NCBI GenBank assembly: GCA_016748015.1
Contig: JAAOMT010000495.1
Span: 136,989 to 200,988 of the forward strand
Source of the DNA: Geosiphon pyriformis uo1
Lineage: Eukaryota; Fungi; Glomeromycota
Direction: 5' to 3'
Length of the DNA stretch: 64,000 nucleotides
Shown: positions 54,444 through 64,000 of the stretch, piece after piece
Numbering within the stretch: the first letter of the stretch is position 1
Layout: every line of letters starts with the position of its first letter
The notes under the pieces: model-generated
Database searches by the model: none
Told to the model about the DNA's origin: nothing
The model's input: only the letters and a program-made list of their open reading frames with translations
Translations under genes and position numbers: made by a program

Positions 54444-56199
54444 TTTATATATTTTCAAGGTGTTTGAAACAGAGCGCCTTTATGCTAATGTTAGGGACTT
54501 TTCTTTATGGCTGTATTATTCTAAAGAGAAAGAACTCATAAAACACGCGTTTGGATATATAGTAGACGTTGTGTAGCGTGTACGGTGCATGATCGCGATG
54601 ACATAAATTTTCCCTCCGAGACCTGAACATTTTGCACTACCATTTCCAGGTTTCCTTTTTTACTGTCCTCCTTGGTTTTACTTCAGCCCATAGCTTCTTA
54701 AATGTCCTCTCGCCAATTTATGATCCCTCAATTTGTTTGGGGTGAAGAATTTTAAAACTCACCTTTAAATTTTGGAGAAGTGTTTCAGCAAGAAATACAT
54801 TATGAACTGGTGTTCAAATCGCTTCCAGAATTCTGACGTCTTATTACACCCCTGGTACAATTTCGAAGAGGCTTCACCGATTTTGGTTTGTAGATCTCCT
54901 TTGGTCCACTGCAGCATACTTAGGGACTTTTCGTCAGCTCTGTGTTCAACTTTTCATTGACCATAACCTCCTATATGATTAGAGAGACTTCTATTAAGTA
55001 GTTCTCTATCAATGCAAAATATGCATTTCCTTTCTGTATAAAAAGGCAAGAGAAAACTGGAGCAGATTTTACAGGCAGCGAAGATGTAACTGAATTTTTT
55101 TTTATGACTGAAGAGATTGCAAGTTCAAATTTAAAACCTCACAATATCTGTTCCCGTTGTTTTGTCCAAGTCGCCGATCCCCATCGTCACAAGCAATTTA
55201 TCCTACCGGAATTTACCGCGCAAACATAAATAGTGGTTACAGACGATGTGGAAGAGTTACAGAGCAAAAAGTGATCTCTTTGAGTTCATGCTTTAAGTTA
55301 ATTATAAAAGTCGCACTTTTTTATTTATAATCAATAAAAAGTTGATTTTTATGTTCATGGTTTTTTTATTAATATTAAATTTTGTTAACATAGATTATAA
55401 TAATTATAAATTTAAATTATGTTTATATAATTTATTTATTTTTTTAAATATAATTTTACAGTCGAATATTTCATTAATATCACATAATTAAAAATCAGTT
55501 TTCAGTTCTTTAAATAGATTAATACCAGTTATAAAAATAAGTAATTAGATTAGTCTTGTTTAATTATTTATCTACTTTGTTTTACTTGGTTTTTTCTGTT
55601 TTCTTTTATTTTAACAATAACTAAATATTAAAAAATTTTGCATTATTATTGAAATTTTTAATAACTTTATTTGTTTTTGTTATTAATAATTACTAAATTT
55701 TTGGCTTTTGAAATATTTAAAATTTATCAATATTTTTTTTTGTTAAAAATTATATTAAAAACTGTTTTCAAATTCATTTGATATCAATTTTATAAATCTT
55801 AATATTAAAATTAAAAAGATTATGTTAATTTTAAAAGTATTTTTTTCTGGATATAAAAATTAGAATTATAATAAAATTATTAATTAATTAACTTTTAAAA
55901 TTATTAATTTAAGCAAAAAATAATACAACTAAATTAAATAACTTTTTAATTCTTTATTATAGCTGTTTTTTGTAAATTACTTATTTAAATTACAAAATAA
56001 AAAGCAAAAAATCAATAATTTTAATATTAATTAAAAAAAATTAAAATAATAAAAATAACAAAATAATAAATTTTATATAAAATTATTATTAAATTAAAAA
56101 ACCAACTAAAAACAAAAAAATAAAATATTATTTTAAAAAATACTTTAAAATACATTTTTTGGTTTTTTTATTATTATTATTTATTTATTATAATACAAT

Positions 56200-57645
56200 T
56201 TGTAAAAATTACAAAATAAGTATAATTTTTGTTTTTTTATATATAACTAGTTATTTGAATTAATTAAAACTATATTATATTAAAAATATTAAAAATATTA
56301 CCAAATTTATAAAAACATTAAAAATTAATTATAAATTAATAATAAAATCAAACTTAATAAATTGTTTTTAAACAAAACTTTTTCTCTAAATTAAAGTTAA
56401 ATACTATTAAACTATAAATATTAATCAAACCTAATTTATTATTAATAATAAATTTTCTTTTATAATTAATTTTTAATAATCAACTATTTTTTTTGTAATA
56501 TATTATTATATTATAAACAAAATTTATAATAAACAAATCGGTTTTAATAGTATTTTTAATATTATAAATAAATCAAAAAACCAATTCTTAAAAATAAAAC
56601 TCTTTATAATAGTTATATAAATATAATTATTAATAATAATTTTATATAATAAATAAAAAACAGATAAATTTATAAATAATTTATTAGTAAAAATAATTTA
56701 TTTATTAAAATTAAAAATATATACAAAAATATAATTAAAATATTTTTTTAAATTATAATAAATACAATTTTATTATTATTATTATTATTATTATTAATAT
56801 AATCTAATTATTATTTTGTATACAAAATCAAAACTAGAGACTTCAACTAAATGTAATTTACATTCTTACTTTATGTGACCAGTCATTTAAACCAATTAAA
56901 ACAATATTAAGTCCTTATATAAACTATTATATTACAGAAAAAAACAAGCAGAATATGTAAAAACCAAAGTTAACTCCAAAAGTCTTATTAATACCAATTA
57001 ATTTAACAATTCTATCTAATAAATCTAACACAAAATTACAGAATTATTAATCAAGCCATATTTTCCTATATTTGTTCTGTATTTAAACCTAAATTTTTAC
57101 AAACCAGAATAATACTATTTATTTAAATTGTACATAAAATTAACTAAAATTTGAACAGTCTTTTTATAATCTTCAAATATTCATACAGCTTTATTATATC
57201 AACTTTTAAGTACAAAGTTTTTGCAAAGAAGTGCATACAAACTAATATTTAATAAACATAAGAAAAGAGATTTCACAATTATGAAAGAAAATAAAAAGCA
57301 AAACTCTATTAAAAACTTTTAAACTACAATTTATTTAAACAAAATTTTTTTATGAATATTAAACTTTTTAGGACACATAAATAAATAATTAAAGAACTTA
57401 ATTTCTTCATACTGTAAACACAAAATGTTTGGGTATTTTTTGTTATAAAGTCTCTTTTTGACTGCAATTAACAATTTTCTATGAACTACTTTCATAAAAT
57501 ATGTATATAAACTAGCTAAAATCTTATTTATAAAATTTAACAATATATGTGAATCTGAATGACAAACCGTAATAGTTTAAATTTAATCAATTTTTGAATC
57601 AAAGAACTTTTTAATATTTTGGAACCAAATTTATTCTATCAGTAG
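56200..57645 (-). mobile_element. Two eroded LINE 3' relics; the right-hand one is interrupted by a gypsy LTR at 57646
   Basis: 3' UTR relics at ~56220-56280 and ~56820-56910, with a (TTA)n tail at ~56771-56795. ORF 57331-57543 (YFMKVVHRKLLIAVKKRLYNKKYPNILCL) is the pre-CCHC region. Confidence 0.7.
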
Positions 57646-59648
57646 TATTACTCATAAAAATTAAGAATTATAATAAGTAGATAAAATAACCAATTAAAAA
57701 TAAGCATTGTAAAAAGAGAAATTCTAGGATTTTTTTAAGGAATACAGGATTTCAAAATTTCAGAATTTCAGAATTTTTTTCAAAAGAATTAAAAAATTTT
57801 AAGAAATCTTATGTAACATAAATTATATATATATAGTCAGAATATTAAAAATAGAAAAAGTATTTAATAAAGTTCAGATTAGTTCAAAACAACACTATTT
57901 TTTCTTTTAAAAAATAGTTTTTTATAACTTGAAGTAAAATTATACTTATATTAATAAAACATCTATTATTATTCAAATTTATATTATTATTACTTAATTA
58001 AAGAAATATTAATTTATTTTATACTATTAATATTTTATATTAATAAAATTTAATATTTAATTACATTGGACCAATAACTTTTTATTATAATTATTGACAG
58101 AATACTAATTTTTTCTTTTCTTTTTTTATTTTTATTTTTTTTATTTCTTTGTTGTTTACTAATTGAAAAAAAATTAAGTGCTAAGTATTTGATATCAAAA
58201 ATATTCTGGTAAAAGACCTGAAAACAAGAGTAGAAAACTTAAGAATAACTTATTAGAAGAACACAACTGCCAAAATAAACCAGCTATTACATTAAAAAAA
58301 AAATTCACAAAAAAAATTATTAATTAAATTTCTGTTCATTATACAAAAAATTCAACCAAAATTTTCAGACTCCAAAACTTTTAGAAACTACTATTATTAA
58401 TAACTATTAAGCATTAAGTTATAGATTTGTTATTTGTTCTGACATCCCAAATAGTTATCTGTAATATTCGGTGCTTTCTGTAAGGTATAATCTAACAGAA
58501 AATTAGCATCAATATCAATCATTCAAAAAAGTAACAGAATTAAAAATAACAACAACAAATTATTTAAAATTTGCCAAATTCTTATTTCAATATTACCAAA
58601 CTCATTTTGAACTAATAAGTAATTATTGGTCAACAAAATTAGCTTTCAACTTTTATGTTAACAAAAAAATTTCATTTTACTTGAGAAACCAAAAAAATTC
58701 AGAAGCTGTTCTTAACAATTTTTATAATAAATTATTTCAAAACACCATGTTTTTACAAAATTAGTTGTTTATCTTACTAATTACAGAGATAAATCAAGAA
58801 ATTGAGAATTACATCCAACAAAGATTTTTTATTAACTTTGTAGACAAAGAAAAATTACAAAATCTAGCAAAAACACCAAAAAAATTACATCTGTCTACTT
58901 AAAAGAAACCAAAAATTGTTTCATTTATTTATCTATTATATTATTATATACCAGGAAATACTATTCACATACCATCTAGATTTACATTAAAATTAATGGC
59001 AAAAACACCATTATCTAAAGTACTGTTTCAAAATAATTAAAAAAAAGCCAAATTATTAAGAACCTATAGTGATTTTTTTAAAGAATTTAAATTGCAATCA
59101 ACAATACTATCAAGACTTTAATCATTATCATTCTAACCAAATTTCGAATCTACTAGTTATTGGAAAAACACTAATTTAAAAGAAAACAGTGATTAAAAAA
59201 ATATTAATCCAGAAATTATAACTTCAATTATTCAAATCTAGCCAAATCTAAACAATCTAAACCCAGTTTCTATTCTTTCAGAAAACTTATTTTTTATTAT
59301 CTTAATTAATCAACTGTCAATAACACCAATTACTGTTCAGCAATAATTATAACAACTATTATTACTTATACTAATAACTTACATACCAATTACAAAACTT
59401 AAGAAATTTACCAACAAAGAAAATAATACTCAAATATAACTAAATAACATAGCAAAAACCATTGCAACTAATAAATAGAACAATGCCAGAGCTCTTCAAA
59501 CTATTCTTTATTTTTTATAAAACACAATTAATTTATGATACCAAAATCTTGTCAACAAACTTCAAGATTTCAATATGTTTAAAAGTGTATTTCTACAGTA
59601 TTTTAGCAATAATAATAATATAAATCACTTGTTAATTAGTTTTACCAT
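57646..59648 (+). mobile_element. Ty3/gypsy element C: 5' LTR (57646-58466), PBS and eroded gag, interrupted at 59649
   Basis: LTR ends are TATTAC...GTAATA (eroded TGTTAC/GTAACA). A PBS-like TCGGTGCTTTCTGTAAGG follows at ~58468. The gag relic at ~59380-59640 reads YIPITKLKKFTNKENNTQI*LNNIAKTIATNK*NNARALQTILYFL...*YQNL...FKSVFLQYF. Confidence 0.8.
58468..58485 (+). promoter_or_regulatory. Candidate primer-binding site, possibly for elongator tRNA-Met
   Basis: Lies 1 bp after the LTR end and resembles TGGTGC...GTGAGG, the complement of a tRNA 3' end. The tRNA identity is an inference. Confidence 0.5.
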
Positions 59649-60665
59649 TGTTACAGATGATTATTTAGAGTGTTAAAACAAATAACAAACTTATAACTTG
59701 GTGTTCAATAGCTAAAAATTTTGGTAATTTCTGAAGATTTTGGTTGAGTTTTTTGTATAATGAACAGAAATTTAATTAATAGTTTCTTTTATGAATTTTT
59801 TTTTTCAGCATGGTAACCAATTTATTCTAACATTTGTGTTTTTTTGGTAAGCTATCTTTAAATTTCTACTTATTTTCTTGGGTCTTTTACCAAACTATTT
59901 TTGACATCAAATATTCAATGCTTAATATTTTTAATTAATTAATAAACAACAAAGAAACAAAACAAAAAAAAAAAAAAAAGAAATAAGAAATTAATATTCT
60001 GTCAATAGTTATGATTAAGAACTATTGTTTTAGTATAATTAAGTATTAGATTCTATCAAGATAAAGTATTAATAGTGTAGAATAAATTAATATTTCTTTA
60101 ATCAAATAACAATAGTATAAATTAAATAATAATTAAATATTTTATTAATATTAATATGATTCTACTTCAAATTATAGAAAATTATCTTTTGAAGAGAAGA
60201 ATAAGGATAAATAGTTATTGCTAGTTACTGTTTTATCTAAGTTAAATGAATACTTTTTTGCTTTTAATACTCTCATTATATATACATAATTTGTGTTATA
60301 TGAAATTCTTTGAAATTATGTAATTTTTCAAGTAAAATTCTAGAATTTCTCTTTTTATTACATCTATTTTTAATTGGCTATTTTATCTATTATTATAATT
60401 TTTAATTTTTATAAGTAATATTATTTCTTCTTTTTAATATTGAACTTTATTAAAATCTTCTAAATCTCTTAAATTTCTTTCTTAAATTAATTCTATAATA
60501 TCTTTTTTAAGAATTACTTAGGCAATATTGGTTTGCAATTTTTTAAATTAGACATTGGTAATTTTTCCCAATTAGTTAATGGTTACTATATTTATTGTTA
60601 AGTATAGCAGTATTTTTAGACAGTCTTAGAACTTTGTTTGTAACCAGTATATTGTTTATATCTGT
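59649..60665 (-). mobile_element. Ty3/gypsy element A: 3' LTR (59649-60420), PPT and start of the 3' internal region, interrupted at 60666
   Basis: TGTTAC at 59649 and GTAATA at 60415-60420. The adjacent 60421-60665 is homologous to 61517 onward and purine-rich on the minus strand next to the LTR. Confidence 0.82.
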
Positions 60666-61529
60666 TGTTACAGGTAATTATTTGGGGTTTTAAAGCAAAT
60701 AACAAATCTGTAACTTAGTGCTCAATTGATTAATGATGTTGATTTCTAAAGATGATTATGGATTTAAAGATTTTGGTTGAGTCCTTTGTATAATAAACAG
60801 AGATTCAATAGTTGTTTTCAGTAGCCTCCTGGAATTGCAATTCCATCAATTCTTTTTTTGACTTGGTAGCCAGCAATCCTCTGATAAGTAATCTGTAATC
60901 TTTTTATGTGTTATATTCACTTGCAGGAGTTTTTTACCAGGCAATCTTTGACATCAATAATTCAGTGCTTAATCCTTAATCAATTTTAGTAAACAACAAA
61001 AAAAATAACAAAGAAAATAAAAGAAACAAAGAAAATCAAGAAATAAGCCAAGGCAATTTTGCAAGTTAGTATTCTATTAATAGCCATAATTAAGAGCTAT
61101 TGTTTCAATGTGGTTAAGTATGACTTACTATCAACATAAAGTGTTGATAGTGAAAAGTGAATTGAGATAGTGAATAATTATTTATTGATATTTGTGATGT
61201 AGAAGATTGCTTAGATCAAATTTAAACTAAGAAATCTGTCTTTTCTATTTTTAATACTACCACTATATATATATAATTGAGATTCCTCAATTCCTTGATT
61301 TCTCACACCAGAAATTTTGGAATTTCTGGAATCCTGTAATTTTTTTTGAGAGGAATTCTGGAATTCTGGAATTCTGCAATTTCTTGTATGAGAATTCTGA
61401 AATTTCTGGAATTCTGCAATTCTTCTGAAAGAAATTCTAAAATTCCACATTTACTGTGCCTACTTTTAATTGGCTAATTTATATGCTAATATATTTCTTA
61501 TATTTTATGAGTAACATTATTCTTTTCTT

Positions 61530-61868
61530 TTAATATTGAGTTCCATTAAGATCTCCCAAATCTCCTAACCCTAATTCTCTATCTTTGAGTATTTCTTGAA
61601 CTTTTTTTTCGAGAATTACTTGTGTTATCCTGTTCTGTAATTTTTTAAATTGGCCATTGGTTATTTTTCCCATTTGGTTTATTGTAATAGAATTCATTTC
61701 TGGATTAAGTAAGATTTCTGGTCTGTTTTGAAATTCCATATGTAGCCAATAGATGGCTCTTGCTTGTGTAGTCAAATTGTTTTTTCCTACAAATTGTTCC
61801 AGTTGTTGTAGTATAGTTGTGTTAAATAAACGTTTTGTTTTATCTATGTATAAATTCTGAATGTTCAA
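61530..61868 (-). CDS. Accessory ORF X2 of the LTR element (C-terminal part; probably once extended to ~62530), unknown function
   Basis: Open 112 codons ending just before the PPT, with an eroded homolog at 60430-60665. Paralogous to 63286-63834. Confidence 0.55.
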   Translation of the reverse strand: MNIQNLYIDKTKRLFNTTILQQLEQFVGKNNLTTQARAIYWLHMEFQNRPEILLNPEMNSITINQMGKITNGQFKKLQNRITQVILEKKVQEILKDRELGLGDLGDLNGTQY

Positions 61869-62883
61869 GTGTTATCTCAAGTGGAAGTAACAAAAGTTCT
61901 TTGGAAATTTGAGTATCCACCATTTCCAAGTTTCTTTGGTCAACTCTTGATATATGATGACATTTATTGGTTTTTCTATTGCTAATTTTATTTTCAAAAC
62001 CATTTTGTCAATAGTGTTTTTTGTTTTTCTTTGAATTTTGTATTTAGGTATTTTTCTAGTATCTTAGTATCAAATGGTTTGTTGGTTGATAATAATTTTT
62101 ATTTTCTGTTGTTAGATCAGTTGAAAAAGTTGTTGTGCTAGTGAGTGAATGCTGTCAGTAATCTTCATTTTCTGATGTCTTTTATTGTATATACCATGTT
62201 TTTATATATTTCTTGGTTGTTTAATTTTACGTTGTTACTGGAGGTTTTTGGTCTCTTTTCTTAAATGTTGTTGATACTTGTTTGCTGTGAATTCACGTTT
62301 TCTGGATGTGATTGAACCTCCAATAACTGAATTTATCTTCAAATTATCTCCTATAATTTGAACTGCTGGGCTTATAAGTAGAATGGCCAATTCTATGCCA
62401 GTTGTTTTGTGTAGTTACATTGTAGTAAATGTCAACTCTTTCCCAAGAATTGTCTATCTGGAAGCTCATTAAAATGTGTAGTTACTTTGCTGTGAAAATC
62501 AACTCTTCTACAGGAATCTCGTCTGTAGATTACTCTAATGATTATGATAAGAAAATAAAAGAAAAATAAAAGAAATGTAAAAGAAATAGAATTTTTGTCA
62601 AGAAAAACATTTTCTATCCAGGCCTGGAGTCACTAACAGTTTACTGAAATTGGTAGCTAATCAATTTCAAAATGTTAGTTGGGTTCTTGGGGATTTTCTA
62701 AGTGCAAATAATTAAAGAATTTGGTTTTTCAAATTATTTGATATTTATTTCTTTTTGTGTGTGTAGGAATGGTTCTAAGTGATAAAACTAAAGTAAGATA
62801 CATTTTCTTGAAAAGAGAAGCTTTTCTTTTATACAACTTGTTATAACACTATTCTATGAACTTGAACTTTGCTATTTTCTACA

Positions 62884-63000
62884 ATTTCGCTAAACTAAAG
62901 ATACATTTTGGCAAACTACAAGTTATTTCTGCGAACTATTAGATATTTTGGTGAACTATCAGTTATTTCGGCAAATTTCTATAAATTTCGGCGAACTTTT
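62884..63000. repeat. Six-unit tandem array with a 20-bp period, consensus ATTTCGGCGAACTA
   Basis: Units start at 62884, 62905, 62925, 62945, 62965 and 62985. Confidence 0.85.
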
Positions 63001-63285
63001 GAATGTTACATAGTTCGGGGTATTGCATGATTGATCATCGCAATTAGGTTACATTTGTGTTGTGTACAATTTAGTTTATTAATTAAATGATAATTTCGGA
63101 CATTTTTGTTAATATAATAAGTGATAATTTGAAACAATAATATATGTTAATTAATGATAGGAATTATAAGATAGTTTCATGCTAAATGATATCTCTAATT
63201 TTGTCTGGTAACATAACCTCCTCCTCAAGACTGAGCTCCATCGAAGTCTAAGTACTGTTTGTTATTTCCAGATAATAATCCAAAA

Positions 63286-63834
63286 TTATTGAAATTTCAG
63301 TTCTGTGAGCTTTCCAATGTATTGAATCTTCAAAGATTGAAAAATTGGGTTTTGTAGTACGTTTTCACAGGTATGGAATAGATCATAAAGTCTAAGAGCA
63401 ACTCTGAGCCTGTAGTGACTGTTTGTTGATCCAGCTGTTGTCTTGAATTCGTTGTAGAGTTGTTTCTGAATAGCTTCTTTTGTGAGGTTTGCTGTTGTAA
63501 GTTCCAGTTTCCATTCATAGAGTGTTTTTTCAATGTGAAAATATCTATAGATTGGAGGATATTTAGTGTTTTCCTCATTGAGACACAGTTGAAATCTTTG
63601 TTGAATTGTAGTATTTGGTGAAATACTAATCAGAATGAGCATTAGATTTTCTCTTAAAGCAAGCTTTAAAAGTTCTGGCAGGTGAATTCCAGTATAACTT
63701 CTTGTGTTCTTTTTATATGAGTAATATTTTCGTGAATTTGGGGCTAAATTTGTAACTACTTCTGTTTGGGTATAATTAATGTGGTTTCCAGTAACAGTAA
63801 TGGATAATTCGGGTATTGTTTTTAAAGCTAACAT
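63286..63834 (-). CDS. Accessory ORF X1 of the LTR element (182 aa fragment), unknown function
   Basis: Long open frame in AT-rich DNA; its C-terminal 57 aa align without gaps to ORF X2. Confidence 0.55.
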   Translation of the reverse strand: MLALKTIPELSITVTGNHINYTQTEVVTNLAPNSRKYYSYKKNTRSYTGIHLPELLKLALRENLMLILISISPNTTIQQRFQLCLNEENTKYPPIYRYFHIEKTLYEWKLELTTANLTKEAIQKQLYNEFKTTAGSTNSHYRLRVALRLYDLFHTCENVLQNPIFQSLKIQYIGKLTELKFQ

Positions 63835-64000
63835 TAGTTTTTGGAATAATTGTTAAATGTTTTGAGGAATAGTCATTATAAGCAATTTGAAATAAAAGAA
63901 AATTATTTTTGGTGCATGGGTTTTTATGTTATTTTTGTTTTGTTTTTGTGAGATTGTTTCTAAATTATAAGAAGATAACTATAATAATAAATTTAAATTA

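Larger units (their letters stand above)
60666..64000 (-). mobile_element. Ty3/gypsy-family element B: 3' LTR (60666-61516), PPT and 3' internal region with accessory ORFs; continues beyond the window
   Basis: TGTTAC at 60666 and GTAACA at 61511-61516. The PPT AAAAGAAAAGAATAA (minus strand) abuts the LTR. How far the internal region extends toward 64000 is inferred. Confidence 0.8.

Noticed and set aside
54545-54550. MCB-like ACGCGT upstream of the RPAIN-like gene (also at 17203 and 17288 upstream of OPT)
   Set aside because: Single hexamers are too weak to call without conservation data.
62884-63000. CRISPR-like array
   Set aside because: The spacers are only ~6 bp, the repeats are degenerate, the context is eukaryotic and no cas genes are present.

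Overview
Eukaryotic (fungal) genomic DNA, very AT-rich and dominated by transposons. The intron-rich genes and the repeat families fit a Glomeromycotina genome, possibly Geosiphon-like (inference from sequence style only). There are two gene islands. The first (~12.4-24.3 kb) holds an OPT oligopeptide transporter, a small membrane protein, a secreted class-3 lipase and a Tc1/mariner relic. The second (~45-55 kb) holds UPF2/NMD2 and a convergent RPA-interacting protein (RPAIN-like) gene. The 1.64-kb duplicate of the UPF2 3' end after the 20-N gap is almost certainly an assembly artefact. The rest is RNase H-containing LINEs (two near full-length copies, one cut by the window edge, several heavily C>T/G>A-eroded relics) and Ty3/gypsy LTR elements (one solo LTR and a nested stack at 57.6-64 kb). 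Main observations: (1) a degenerate Fanzor (eukaryotic TnpB-like RNA-guided nuclease) on the minus strand at ~23.5-24.0 kb, missed by the ORF track, convergent with the Tc1 transposase and possibly inside the same TIRs; (2) two paralogous accessory ORFs and a 20-bp phased tandem array in the 3' internal region of a gypsy element whose LTRs carry heat-shock-element-like arrays; (3) a CAATGA stop/start overlap between ORF1 and ORF2 in all three diverged LINE copies; (4) a 42-bp LINE insertion with a perfect 13-bp TSD; (5) two GC-AG introns in UPF2.
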